DNA of 63,972 nucleotides, counting the filler, from Ionaspis alba (Eukaryota), in NCBI GenBank assembly GCA_964255285.1. It is 5 parts of 5 records of this genome, joined end to end, with 100 filler letters (N's around TTAATTAATTAA, not from the genome) between each part and the next. Parts side by side here need not be neighbours in the genome. Positions count along the whole stretch, not along the records: positions 38,949 to 51,797 come from CAXUUL010000490.1; positions 51,898 to 63,972 come from CAXUUL010000527.1; 3 more parts are not named here. One strand, given 5' to 3'. Positions within the stretch are counted from its first letter, which is position 1; each line of letters opens with the position of its first letter. Below are positions 38,949 through 52,085 of the stretch, piece after piece. The notes below the pieces were generated by a model. It was not told the origin of the DNA. It ran no database searches and saw only the letters and a list, made by a program, of their open reading frames with translations. Position numbers and translations under genes: made by a program.

Positions 38949-40168
38949 GGGGGGAAAGGTAGAGACGAGTCTGAAAAACACAGCTCTGTAAGGGCACGGT
39001 GAGTAGAGAGAGCCAGAACACCACCGAGCATGCTCCAAGCAAAGGCTCTCCGTGCCGGAACGAAGAAAGATTCGGTATCAAGTAATTAGTGAGAAATAAA
39101 GGCACATTGTGCAAAACGCCAGTATGCTGAGCAGGCTTCTCTGATGCTAGGAGGACAAAGGGCAGGATTCGCTGAATTGCGGCTTGGATGACTAGGACCC
39201 ATATGACAATTCCGCTTGCCAGTATCTGGGGTAGAAACTCGAATAAGAAGTATGGACTTGTCCCGATACCGTCGTAGCGAAGTAAGCCGTCGTGTTTTGA
39301 TGCCCATACGCTGGAGACGATGAGGCCTGTAATCATGAACAGGCAGTAGAGCATTAACCCAGCAAGGGGGAGCAATCGGAGTGGGCCAGGGAGGAAGTTG
39401 AGAGTTGGGTATCGAAAATGGTCGTCTTGTGGAGTTGTGGGGACAAGAACGTTGTCTGTTGCTGGAGCTTATGGATTAGCCTAGTATAAAATGACTGGTA
39501 CGATTGTACCGACCTTCTTGTCCCACAGGAGAAATTGACGATTCGCGATGCGATCTTTCCAGAGGTTCCGGAGATCGAAGCGCTGATCGATCGTCGAATG
39601 GGTTCTTCTCTAGTCTTTCTGTTGAGCTGATGGGCGAAACGTCGTCGCTGTCGATTCCACATCTTCGCCTTCCCAGCAGCTCTTCGTCGCGGGTCAGTTG
39701 ATCGATGGCGAATTGGATGTAGGGAGTATCATCGACGCCGGGTGTGGGTGGACTGATGTCACTTCTTGAGTTCCTCCAACTCTTCATGTTATCCGCTGGT
39801 ACAGGTTTTCTGGGTATGCTTTGCTTCTCGTCAAATCTGATACCCTTGACGGTCGTTTCTGGCTCCCTCTCCTCCGGTATTGATTGTGTCGGTTCTTGTT
39901 GCGGGAGGTCTTGGTTTTGGTGTGGGGGTTGTGTCTCGGTCGGCGGTGTTTTGTATCGCTTGATTGTCTTCTGGTCGTCTCCACTCGAATGTTCTGAAGC
40001 ATAGTCGGAGAATGAGTAATAATCGTCAGAAGCGGCCACGGATCGTTTTGAATCGCTGTGGCCAAGTTGCGGCCGACTTGCTGTGGAATGTGTTAGAGAA
40101 TTATGGCACAGTGGGGCGGGACGACACGCACAGTTTACCGTTTTCAGATTCGCACTGCCCAAATTCAT
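38949..40168 (-). CDS. Conserved fungal membrane protein (DUF3433-like), 3'-truncated
   Basis: PPTPGVDDTPYIQFAIDQLTRDEE motif, then TM segments YFLFEFLPQILAS..AIQRILPF; runs into the spacer. Confidence 0.7.
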
Positions 40169-40717
40169 CGTGACAGATTCCAAATTATGAGGTTATAATT
40201 AATGTACAAGATAGCTGAAGCCTATGTAAAAGTAGAAGCATGACTTAGAAGTACTGAAGTACATATTGGACCTCATATTGGGAGGCTGTTGCTTGTTGCG
40301 CAAATGGCTGGGGATCCCGCTGTGGAGGCTGGGAGAGATCGGAACAGCAACGGTGAAGATTCACCTTGCTATGGCTTGCAAGAGCAAAATCTGACTGTCC
40401 AGACAAATGTAATCTCTAGATGATGAGTCTGCGACGATACCATAAGCCATTGAGCCTAAAATATTCTGTAAACAAACGGTTTATTTTGAATTGGTGAGCC
40501 GTCGTGATACTCCAGCTCATCGAGATATGACGTCATTTGTGTACTGGGTCGGCTTTCCAGTCGAGAATCAATATTAGATGGATCAGACTTCTCGAAGCAG
40601 AACCTATTTCTACATCAAGAATGTATGCAAAGATTACCTTCCGTGCAGTATCAGATCTCATCTTCTTGTTCTTTCTCACGTCCCAAGGGATAAGACCACT
40701 TCAATCCCACCCATAAA

Positions 40718-41389
40718 ATGCTGCGAGATCTTCCAACCGTCCCAATCATGGACCCAGTGACCGGACATGTGGATCCCGAGGAGCATCCCATGGTAGAGTC
40801 CACCAACGCCTTGACGCTCCTTGACGACGTATTTTCAGATTCTCCGCCCGCGTCACCGGCACATACAGGCTCTCAGACCCTTCAATCCTCTGAGCCTTCG
40901 GACATCCCCAGGCTCCGTACCACCCACACAACAGCTGGATACCGCGATGGAATTGCCTCATCCAAGACTGCGTCTTTGCAGCCGGGCTTTGACGAGGGCT
41001 ATTCTCTAGGTGCTGTTATAGGTCTTCGAGTAGGACATATGTTAGGGGTCATTGATGGGATCTGCCATGCGCTACATGGTGTGGAAGATGTAGAGGGAAA
41101 CCGGATTCAAGCACTACAAATCTCAAGGCAAGCCAGGAGGGAGCTGGATGTCCGGAACATCTTTGGCAGAGATGTCTGGGACGCGGGCGGGACTTGGAAA
41201 TACGAGGTGCGGGGCGGTACTGGGGAGGAGGATGTTACATTCGAGGAAGTAGCAGACGCGCATCCGCTATTGGCGAAATGGAGGATTAGAGTGGAGAATT
41301 TGATGCAGAGACTCGGAATACGGGAGAAGCCTTTCGAGGGAGAGGAATGGGAGAAGGGTAGGATTAGTAACGAACGGGACACTCACTGA
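40718..41389 (+). CDS. YAE1: Yae1 (Yae1-Lto1 adaptor for Fe-S insertion into Rli1)
   Basis: DIPRLRTTHTTAGYRDGIASSK..LQPGFDEGYSLGA Gx3-repeat motif; VADAHPLLAKW. Confidence 0.85.
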   Translation: MLRDLPTVPIMDPVTGHVDPEEHPMVESTNALTLLDDVFSDSPPASPAHTGSQTLQSSEPSDIPRLRTTHTTAGYRDGIASSKTASLQPGFDEGYSLGAVIGLRVGHMLGVIDGICHALHGVEDVEGNRIQALQISRQARRELDVRNIFGRDVWDAGGTWKYEVRGGTGEEDVTFEEVADAHPLLAKWRIRVENLMQRLGIREKPFEGEEWEKGRISNERDTH

Positions 41390-43156
41390 TTGTCGGAGTA
41401 AAGACCCGAGCTTTATAGGAAGAACGAGGACTTCTTTCTCACTTACACTTCCCGGACAATCTATGTACTTGCTAGGCTAGTATGGTCAGTATCATTGTGA
41501 GACAAACCCGTATGTCACCTCCAATGTGTGCTACGTCGGACCAGGTCAATTGGCCGCCTACCAAAGCGCTGCGAAGAAACTTCATCACCTCCATTTATTG
41601 TTATAACTACACCACAGTATACCAAACAGCTCTGTTGGACTCCATGCTCACCTGTTCTGGGCTGCACTGTACGACCTACAGTGATTTGTATGGAGGATGA
41701 GATACGTAAAGAGGAGCTGGACGATGATCTGTAAGGCTTTAGCAGCAAGCCCCGGAGGATTTAACTCAGGGGCCCACGGGATCTCCTTCCTGACTGTCCC
41801 TAAAGCTAGTCTCGTTGGCGTTCTAGCGATCAAACCATATTTTGCCGCGTAAAGGAGAAGACCTCACGTTTTGTGTCAGCCAAATGGGCGAACGAAATTC
41901 GAGAGACAAATACGAGGCATGGCATTTTTCGCGACAACGGCATGTAGAATCAAAATCGCACGTTCGCAGAAAGGCCATGCAGATGTCGCCAAAGCTTAAC
42001 TAACCATCAAAACTTTCCAACGATGCAAGGGGAAGCAGTTGCATCGTATTCTAGACAACAGCCGAGATGAAGAGGCGAGTACGGAGGTCGAAAAGGAGAA
42101 ACTTTACCAAAAAGTCGCGCTGCTTCCTCCTCGATCGAGCGCAAGCGTCAAACCTTTTCCCCACAAGTTATGTGCAATTATAGTGGTCGAGAAGGTGATA
42201 GTGGTTAACTACCCCAGCTGGACTCAGGTACACCGAAGCCGTGATTCGCCAACGCTGCCCCCCGAGCCGTGGATCAGCGACAGGGTGGAAATGCACGATG
42301 TTTTAGTACGCCGAATGGAACGACCGACGGTCATCAGCAGAGCGATGGACAGTAAGGATGATTGCAGATGCTGCCAACAGCACGGTGCGACTTACCTAAA
42401 GTCTGTACTGGGCGGCAGGCCGGTGCAATTGATGGCGTGGAGCCTCGGGGAAACATGGGGCGACCAGATCTTCCCTTGCAAAGGTAGGGAGTAGAAAGCA
42501 GGAGACGGGAGTGACGGACAGGGCCGGCTCTCCGGCTTCATTCACTCCAGCCGCTACTTCTGCTCTTTCTTCCTATTTCCCTTTGCTGCTGGTGTTTGTT
42601 CGTTGCAAGAGGTCTCTTTCGCCTTCCTTCAACACGAGCAATTCCTCTTGTCCCTTAGGCCGTCACTCTTTCCGGCTTGTTTTTCATATTCGCGGATGAT
42701 ATTCGCAGCCACTCGTTAGCAGAGTCTCCATAATCAGACTGGAGGAGCACCTGCCTGTTTGTTTGCGCATACAAAATATTGCCTCACTCGCTGTTTGCAA
42801 GAAACCCCGTTGAGACCATAATCACTATTACAGTAAGTATGACAACAAGTTTCTCGTACAACAGTCGCCTCATTACGTCGGTGGTCACCGCTGTTCTATT
42901 ATTGCTCATAACGGTGGTACATGCGCGGTATCTGCATGCAAGTCCAGATTGAATCAAGAGGATTTGCTTCGCTAGAAGCGACAGCCGTTTGCATTCGCTG
43001 GAGACCCAATGCTGCCACACTTGCAGTGTTGATCTTCTTGGATCAATTAAAAAAAATCTTGGTCCTGCCTGTCTAATTGTCTAAATCTTCACCATCAAAC
43101 GGCGCCTTCCCTCATCTCAACGGTCAGTACTAATCAGGCAATACACTCTAGGCATA

Positions 43157-45839
43157 ATGAAGTCTTCAATAATTCTAGGCCTCTGCATTGGGTACGCCAA
43201 TGCTAATATCATCTTCAACCACATCAAGCTCTCGTGCAATCCCACCTCTCCAGGATATACCGGATGTTTAAGAGGGCAGCAATGCTTTGAGGATGGAACG
43301 TATGTCATAGCGACCGATTGAGATCTTCGAAACACCCATATACTGACTTTGCCTAGGTGTGGAACATCTTCGGGCGACCTCTACCCTGCTTCATTTCGAC
43401 GAAGCCCGATACCAGAATTAAGACCTCGTCAAAGTCAATACTCGCCCGACGGACAATGCGGGCCTGCCCACAATAATCTTCTTTGCGATCCGAATAGTAC
43501 GGTATACCAGGTAAGCATGGTCCAGTGATCAACACTATTGAGTCCAGGCTAACGAGACGCAGGGAACATGCTGCTCTGTAAGAAGTCTACCCGAAAGTTT
43601 CAACACAGTACATTGACGAATGACAGTCATACGGATGGTGTGGTAATACTGCCGGACACTGCGGTACCGGTTGTGTTTCGGGCTGCACAACTGCACCTCC
43701 AACGACCCCACCTGCGTCCACGGATCCTCGACCCGATGGACGTTGTGGCAAAGACTTTGGAGGAGCAACATGTGATCCTAAGGGAGCCTATGGAGGATGT
43801 TGCTCAAGTTATGGGTATGATTCTCTTTAGCAGGATATTAAACTAGTGGTCTCTTGACTGACCGTGGTCTCTCCACAGGTACTGCGGCTCAACTGATGGA
43901 CAGTATGTCACAATTCCTGTATCTACAGCGGTGTTGTTACTAACGGAACTCTAGTTGCTCCGTTGCCAATGGATGCCAAAGTGGCTGCACACCTACCACT
44001 ACTCTAGCCCCAGCACCATCATCAACCCAAGAACCAGTTCTTGGCACACCTACCACGAGTGCTCCAAGTACCAATGTAGTCACCAAGGACGGTACATGTG
44101 GCGCAGCAAACGCAGGTACCGTTTGTGGCAACTGGCCACAAGGCTCTTGCTGTTCCATGTATGGATTCTGCGGCAATACAGCAGCTCACTGTGGAGATGG
44201 GTGTCAGAGTGGACCGTGTAATGCAGCTGCAGCTCCCGCCGCTCCCGGTCCCTCACCTGCCCCTCCGGCCACCAATCCAGGTGCATTCGCAGTAACTGGT
44301 CAAGCTGGTGTCCCTGCTATGCATGCTGGTCTTATGCCAAACGGACGGGTCGTCTTCTTAGATAAGGTCGAGAACTACACCCAGATCAAGCTCGCCAATG
44401 GTCAATATGCTTACTCAGCTGAGTACGATCCAGCTACTAATACCGCTGTTGGACTTTCTTACAAGACAAACGCCTTCTGCTCTGGTGGAGCCTTTTTACC
44501 GGACGGTCGCTTCCTATCTCTTGGAGGTAACGCGCCACTGGACTTCATCGATCCTACCGTAGGCGATGGTTTCAAGGCAATTCGCTATCTCGGACGCTCT
44601 GCGACCGACAAGACGCAAACCGGCAAGCCGTGGAGCGAGCCAGGCAACAAACTTTCCACCGCTCGTTGGTATGCTTCCGCTCAGACTATGCCGGACGGGT
44701 CAATCTTCGTTGCTAGCGGCAGTTTGAATGGTCTCAATCCTACAGAACCTGCCAACAACAACCCAACCTGGGAGGTCCTGAACAACCAAGGTATTTCGAA
44801 TGGCGTCAGTATCCCCATGGAAATTCTCGCAAAGAATCAGCCATATTACATGTACCCGTTTATGCATCTGATGTCAGATGGCAACCTCTTCGTCTTCGTC
44901 TCGAAGTCCTCCGAGAGCTTCAACGTCGCAAGCAACAAGACCCTCAAAAAGTACCCCGATCTCCCAGGCGACTATCGAACCTACCCCAACACCGGAGGCA
45001 GCGTGCTCCTCCCCTTGTCGAGCGCCACCCAATGGGCACCCGATGTTCTCATCTGCGGAGGGGGCGCTTACCAAGACATCAACAGCCCCACAGACCCCAG
45101 CTGCGGCCGCATCCAACCTCTTTCTGCAACTGCCGCTTGGGAAATGGACTCCATGCCCGAAGGTCGCGGCATGGTCGAAGGCACACTCCTCCCGGACGGA
45201 ACCGTCATCTTCCTAAACGGCTGCAACCGTGGCGCCCAAGGTTTCGGTCTCGCCTCGAACCCGACCCTCGAATCCCTCATCTACGATCCCGCAGCTAAGC
45301 TTGGTCGGCGCTGGAGCACAGGCGCCAGTTCCACCATCGCTCGTCTCTACCACTCGGTTGCGCTCCTCCTCCTCGACGGCACAGTCATGGTCGCTGGCTC
45401 CAATCCCGTCGAGCAGCCTTTGCTGAAACCAGTTCCTGGCCAAACGCCCTCGGAAGACTACGTCACGGAATTCCGTGTCGAGATCTACACGCCTTCCTAT
45501 CTACAAGGCGCGAACGCTGGTCGCCGACCCACCAAAGTGGCGCTCTCGAGCAAATCCCTCACTGCCAACGGAAGCAAATTCACGATTTCGTTCACCGCAC
45601 CCATAGGTGCCAAGGCCGTCAAGGTCGCGCTTTATCACGGTGGCTTTGTAACGCACTCACTGCATATGAATCACCGGATGGCTTTCTTGGACAATGCGGG
45701 CTTTGTGGCGGGCAAGACGGGCCAAAAATTGACGGTGACGATGCCCCCGAATGCGAATGTGGCGCCTCCGGGGCCGTATGTCGTCTATGTGGTCGTGGAT
45801 GGGGTTCCGGCTGTGGGGCAGTTTGTTTCTGTGCATTGA
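43157..45839 (+). CDS. Secreted copper radical oxidase (AA5_1, glyoxal oxidase-like) with three N-terminal CBM18/hevein chitin-binding modules; 6 exons
   Basis: Signal peptide MKSSIILGLCIGYANA; three CG..CCS.YG.CG...HC...C..GC modules; active-site motifs NAFCSGG, RTYP, RLYHS, FVTHS; C-terminal APPGPY. Confidence 0.9.
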
Positions 45840-46678
45840 AGTGGTGATTTGTTGGATAATGGATTGGTTGACGTGTGACGGTGCGGGATGTGGCATAGTG
45901 TCTGCTGTTGTGGCTACTTTAGGTAATACTTTTGCTTGCAAATGTGAATATTTGGTTCGAATTATCATTTTCTGCAATTGAAACCATTGATCTACTTGCG
46001 AAGGTAGCCGAAATGTATCTTCCTGCTCAGGGGGAGCCATGCCCTTACGTCAATGAGTCGGGAATTCGACTCAAGAAATGGGAAACGTTATGTGATATAC
46101 GTTCAGGGAGGGCGCATTCATATCTTATCGGTGTATTAATCCACGTCTAGGCAATTGAATTAGGAAGATATGATCTCAGCACTCCGAACTTTGCCGCCTG
46201 CTTTAAAGCGTGATTGGATAAGAAGGGTGTTTCCCTGGGCAACCCCATTAGATACGCGGCCACGCGCCTGACAGAATAAATGATACACCAAAGAGTGGAA
46301 AGCTCTGGAATAACATCATCAGGTGGTCTGAGACTCGCGAACCTAAACCTCATATCTCAATTCCGTATGTGGCTGCACCAATAAACGTTGAAGGTCGAGA
46401 TAGCTGGAGGCCTTCAGAGTCGAGAGTCAGGTAATACTAAAACCAATTTTATATCCGTAGGTCTGGTCTGGACATAGCTACGGATCACCAAAATCAATGG
46501 CACTTATTGTAGAGTTGTCTCATTCTCTATAAGACCTGAAGCCAATCCTTCGAATGACAACAGCACTAGTCCGAAGACTAACAGGCAGCTACCAAGCCAA
46601 TCATCTCTCCAAATTCTATCAGATCTTCTGGAACCCTCCACCTCCTATCCAGAACCATCTCATTCTCCTACTTTCTCC

Positions 46679-48321
46679 CTACTCAGCGTAGTCGACCTCC
46701 ACGATCTGGATACCCACCATAACTGCAATTTCCGCCAAGATAAAGCTCCAAACGTACTGCATCATCAAGGGCGGGAATTGGAGCTCGACTGTGCCACGAG
46801 AGACTCCACCGACCTTGATATCCGCTGTTTTCATTTGATCCAGGACAGTACTATGGACGCCCAAGATCCCGGTGACACGAGCACGGAAAGCTTGGTAGGT
46901 CATGTCGTATGTCCCCGGGATGAAGAACGGACCGAACATCGGCGGAGTGTTTGGATGGACCGACACACGGAAGATCAAAAGATTGTTCTCATTTGCCTGA
47001 CCGGTAGGATCCTCGGAAGTGACGTTAGGAAGTTGCCAGCCGAACGCGTTATCCTCAGAGTTGGAGTTCACAGTAGGAAATCCCACGGTCGCAGCCGCAC
47101 TCTGAACCGGGACAGCAAATGAAGGGCGGGGCGTGGAAGGCATGCTGGGATGACCCAGATAAGTCACTGGCTGGCTGAGTTGGGTGATAGTTGAGCGGTC
47201 GCGAGTACTTCCCGGATGTTCGAGATCTGTATCCAGAGTGGAAGCAGCACTCGCATGCCCAGGAGCGACGTTATCGATTCCGACACTGGTGGCAACATCG
47301 ACAGGGGTGGAGAAACGCTCTGTATTTCCGAGAGCTAAGATTTTCGCTTCTGTGGGTGCCTTGATGTCGCTATTCTTTCCCTTACTGGTTGGAGACTCTG
47401 TCTTTTCGACAGTGGCAGCCACGGTCTCTCCGACAGCAGCTTTCCCGTTTCTTTCCTTCTTGACAGGCATAGTCTTGGCGATTGAGACAGCGGGTGCCTT
47501 GACGAGAGACTTGGGCTTATTCTCCTTGATGGGGGTTTTGACCTTGACGCTCTCATCACCTTCAATGCTCTGTGCGACGATATAAGCGTTACGCATGGTC
47601 GAGAAAGGATCGTTGGAATATCTCTTTACCTTCACAACGCCGGTACCAACATCTAGCGTGATGGTATCCGTTTCGTAATCATCATCGGAAGACTCGTAGT
47701 CAACGAAGTCATCACCGCTCTTGGGAACGACAGAGCCCGCGAACTTCTTTGCGAGTCCAATACTATTCGGAGCTGCCTTCTTTGGGGTAGACGGAGTCTT
47801 TGCATCAGGTGCAAGACGAGCTCGTTTGTTGGATGGAGTCACATTCGAAGCGGCAGCGATAGGAGACGTAGGGTCGCCGGCCGCGGAGACAGAGGAGTCC
47901 TTACGCTTTACAGCCTTGGACACACACTTTGCCGCTTCGTAGCGGATGAACTGGAAGCATAAAAACTCGATGCTACTTTTGTCAGCTTTGTAATGACCTA
48001 TAACTATGAAAAAAGGACTAGATACCTCTCCTTGTCGCTCGGCCACACAAAGCTTCCCTTGCCATCGTAATTGTCGCGATCTTTGCCCCAGATCTTCGCG
48101 GCATTCTCCTTGGTGAACTCGTCGAGCAGCTCCTGGTAGCGGCCCCTCTTCAGCGTGCGAGGTACGACTTTGCAAGCTTCGAGATGATCGTCTACAAGGT
48201 CGTGGACAGCCTTTTCGAGACGTTTGAAGTCCTCCGGACTAAGAGTTGCCAGCTCACGGATTTTGGCCTTTGAGGAAAGGTCTGCCTCAAAATCGAGGTC
48301 AGGCTTGATCTTTCGGGACAT
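46679..48321 (-). CDS. Orphan hypothetical protein (2 exons, intron near 47970-48025)
   Basis: The 48321 ATG exon (..WPSDKER) splices into the long open frame ending at 46679; Lys/Thr/Pro-rich middle; CT-rich upstream region. Confidence 0.65.
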
Positions 48322-48418
48322 TCTCGAGGTACTTGTAGTTTGGTAGTTTGAAGACTTTCAGTCGGCTCTTGCCTTCGAAATGAAAGAAGTTAGTGGGTAG
48401 AAAAGTGTTGGTGATGAA

Positions 48419-48470
48419 GATGGAGGTAGATGAGGGTGGATGGAGGTGGATGGAGGTGGAAGGAGGTAGA
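48419..48470. repeat. Imperfect 10-bp tandem repeat (GATGGAGGTG)n upstream of the orphan gene
   Basis: gatggaggta gatgagggtg gatggaggtg gatggaggtg gaaggaggta. Confidence 0.6.
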
Positions 48471-49686
48471 AAAAGGTTGGAAGGTACAAAAATGAGGGTC
48501 CGATGGGGAACGGCCTAAGCTCCCGTGCCAAATCTTCACTTCTCCCCCCAAAATCTCACCAGTTCGTAGGGTTTTGGCACCAAAATCGCCTAATGAAATC
48601 ACGTGCAATTAGCTCTATAACGTACCTGTATAGCCTAGAATGAAAGAGAGAGTGATCTAGCAGGTCTCCGGGCTTGTATAGGAGAGTTTGTGGAGGTAGA
48701 AAGGAATGAAAATATCGGGTGGAGGGTGGGGCGTTGTACCGTTTTGGTTGACAGGGATCTGCTGCGTTGTGAGATTCACCAGCTGCGCTGAGACTCTTAC
48801 CACGATGTCATGGGGCATCTGAAGACGAGAACCGAACGCCCTTTAGCGTTAAAGACAACCAAGATCAGAGCCGGACACTCTCCTCCGCTTCCTTTGTTCC
48901 CTTCTGTGGTTCAGCATTTCAACTTTCCTATCCTGAAAAGGATCGACGAGGAAGGATAATACACATACCAAGATTATGACACGGACTCCGCAGCTCAAGA
49001 TTGAAAGAAACAAAAGACGAGTTCTCATTAGATTCTTTGCCTGAGATGATCAACCGTTGATTCTATTGTGGTCCTAAAGTAGCTAACCATTGCATCACGA
49101 GACGGGCTTCAGGACCCCTTGGAGTGGATGGATATGGAGAAACCCATGGTCGACAACGGATAACACAGAGACAAACGAGATCAGTAGCCTCCCGCCAGAC
49201 CCAGACTGCCAGAACCGGATTTGGATGGCCTAATGGGCAATATTGGAGCTCCTATTAGAGTTGGCCAAGATATACGGACCAGCCCGCCGTTGCATGCTGT
49301 TACGTGATGCACAATCCCTAGTTCCAGACGACTAGGCTAATCGTGTATTGAATCACAGGTTAGGACAAGCAAGCATCCACTGTCATAGATATACCAATAG
49401 GCATATGAAGAACTCTGCCTGCCATCAAGCAGAGGCAGGAGGAGGTAGCCAGGACCTGTCCTCGATCTCAAAAAGGCTTTCTCCAGATATGCAACACGGC
49501 TGCTAAGTATCCTCAATCCAGGATAAAGAGTCACAAAAGACTAACATGATAGCAGGATGGAGGGAGCCTCGATACCACAAGGGCAAATCACGATTGAAAA
49601 GCGAAGCAAAACAGGAGAAGAGATTCAAGCCGAAAATCTATATGCATCTAGACAAGAAGAAGAAGGAAACCTACCCTACCTCCTGT

Positions 49687-51797
49687 CTATCCCTCAAAGA
49701 CGTTATGATTCAGCTCGACTCCATAATCCTTGGCCATGCTCTTCATCTGCTTCTCCAAATCATCCTCCATACCGCCACCCATACCAAAGAATTGCCGTAC
49801 CTTGGCACCATAGAAGACCACGTCACTGCTGAAAAGCACAAAGCGGAAAATGAGGTGGCGACCATAGTTCTTAAGCTTCTCCGTATAGCTCAGATCCGGA
49901 CTGTCGACCAGACTCCGCGAAGCCCAAAAGCCGGTGATCTTGATGCGATTGACGGGAGAGCCGAGGAATTGGTTGTTGCCCTGGACGATACGTAGGTTAC
50001 GGCCGATAAAGATGAGTTCTCTTGGCCATTTGGTTTCGTCGCCGAGGATATCGCGCATGCCCTTGCGCATCTTCTGCTGCATTTCGAATTGACGTTCCGC
50101 TTGCTCTTTCTTCGACAAATTTCTGATTTCCCCTGAAGTGCTGTTGTCGCCTCCAGTATAGGGCCGCAGAAGTGTTGCAGAAGCGAAGATATCTACGTTG
50201 TTGACGCCCCAGGTCTTGACTATCTTCGCCAGCGTCTTGTTGTCAAAGGTCATCAGGCTCTTCCAGAACAGGCTGTACTGATGCCGGAATTCTGGCTTCA
50301 TGTGGATGTATAATCCATGATCGATCAAGACAAGTTCTGGCTTGCCGGAAGGTAGTCGGCGAATGAAAATATTACCGGGATGAGGATCGCAGTGGACCCA
50401 GCCCCAAAGAAACATTTGTGCGGAGAAGAGATCGACCATCGTGGTCATGACATCCTTCAACGACAGCCCAAGTCCACCCTTTCCATCTTTCCCTTTCCAC
50501 CAATCACGCTCCGGTTTTAGCTTTTCGTCAATACTGTTACTATGCAAAGTCTGTATCAGCTGATCATGATCCGGCGGGTCTAAAGAGGCTCCTTTGCAAC
50601 CCGGACTCCCCTGTCTAGATGAGCCGACCCACGGCTTCGTCAAGTTTTCTTTATCCCATAACCGAACTCCTTCTATCCATTCTGCAGTCATGACACGCTT
50701 CGAACTCAACTCCCGAAAGACCTTAGGAATATAGACACGTCCACTTAATCGAGGCTCCCCGGCCACAAGCTTCGCCATACGTTCCGAATTATCAGCTTCG
50801 TTCACAAAATCCGTTTCTAGCAACAGTCGCTCCGTAATGAAAGGCACCAAACTGTACAAAGGTAAGTCGAAAATACTCGTGTATATCCAAGTCACAGCTC
50901 TAACAGAATGGTTAGCCGATGCTCAACTCCTGAATCAGCAACTCCTCCGTCAAACTCACTTAAAAGTCCACAGATCCCACCCAACTTGCTTCTCAATCTC
51001 CCTCTTCTGCACCTTAACAGCAACCTCAGTCCCGTCCTTCAATCTCGCCCAATGCACCTGAGCAACGCTCGCACTCGCCCTCGCCGTCCTCTCCATCACC
51101 CCCAGCCCCTCCTCGCCATGAAAGCCCACGCCAAAAACCTCCTCCACGCTCTTCCCAAAATCCTCCCTGATAACCTGCTCCACCTCCTTCCAGCTATTCT
51201 GCGGCGCATCATCGAACATGCGCGCGAACATCTTCTGGAACTCGGGGGGCAGCACCGCCGACTGCATAGCTATCGCCTGCCCGATCTTGAGATACAGCCC
51301 GCCATTCGTACGCAGGAGCTCGAAAAGCCGTTGAGCATTGCGGGCGTGGAGCGCGGCGATGGAGTCGGCGAGGGGTGGGTGCGGACGGAAATTGATCTTG
51401 TAGTCTGCGGCGACGACAGCGCCGAGAGCGAAGGTGCGGGCGCTACGCGCCAGCGAGGAGAAGAGGAATTGCCGGTCGATGGCGTAGGCGGCTGTGAGGC
51501 CCATGGCGAGGTAGAGAATTCGGCGAGTCCATTTACGAGTGCGTCGGTATTGCTTTGCTGGGGCTGCTTTGGGAAGAGAGGTTGGGGAGGGTGGGATNNN
51601 NNNNNNNGCTGGGCGGGGTTTTTGCTTGGGTGGGGGGGTTTGGGAAAGCCGGGTGGGGGCGGGTGGGATGAAGGGGGAGAAGCGCTCTGTTTGGAGTAAG
51701 CGGCGTTTAGGGAGGAGGATCGAGGTGGTGACGGGTCGTGGTTGCCGAAGGAGAGATCTACTGGACGTCGATCGCAGACATGATGAGCAGATGCTCA
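49687..51797 (-). CDS. ABC1/UbiB atypical kinase, mitochondrial (ADCK1/Mcp2-like); start at or just beyond the scaffold edge
   Basis: NGGLYLKIGQ, ASASVAQVHWARL..VAVKVQ, ETDFVNEA, VHCDPHPGN, LIDHGLY; presequence SICSSCLRSTSSRSLLRQ. Confidence 0.9.
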
Positions 51798-51897
51798 NNN
51801 NNNNNNNNNNNNNNNNNNNNNNNNNNNNNNNNNNNNNNNNNTTAATTAATTAANNNNNNNNNNNNNNNNNNNNNNNNNNNNNNNNNNNNNNNNNNNN
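51798..51897. other. Artificial scaffold-joining spacer
   Basis: 44 N + TTAATTAATTAA + 44 N. Confidence 0.95.
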
Positions 51898-52085
51898 TTC
51901 ACGAGCCGACACACTGAAGTCAAACAATACAAACACAACTCCGTACCGTCAGGCATGCCGAGCATGTATAAGTGGTTTCAGTAAGATCAAGGGCACAAAC
52001 CGTGGTTAGAAATGCTACATAGCCCTCAAAAACCTGGCTCAAGGCTACAGATGTACTAAGAACTCGAGGAACTCTCGACTCCGTC

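Noticed and set aside
50908..51699. 263-aa plus-strand ORF
   Set aside because: Antisense shadow of the ABC1 kinase exon.
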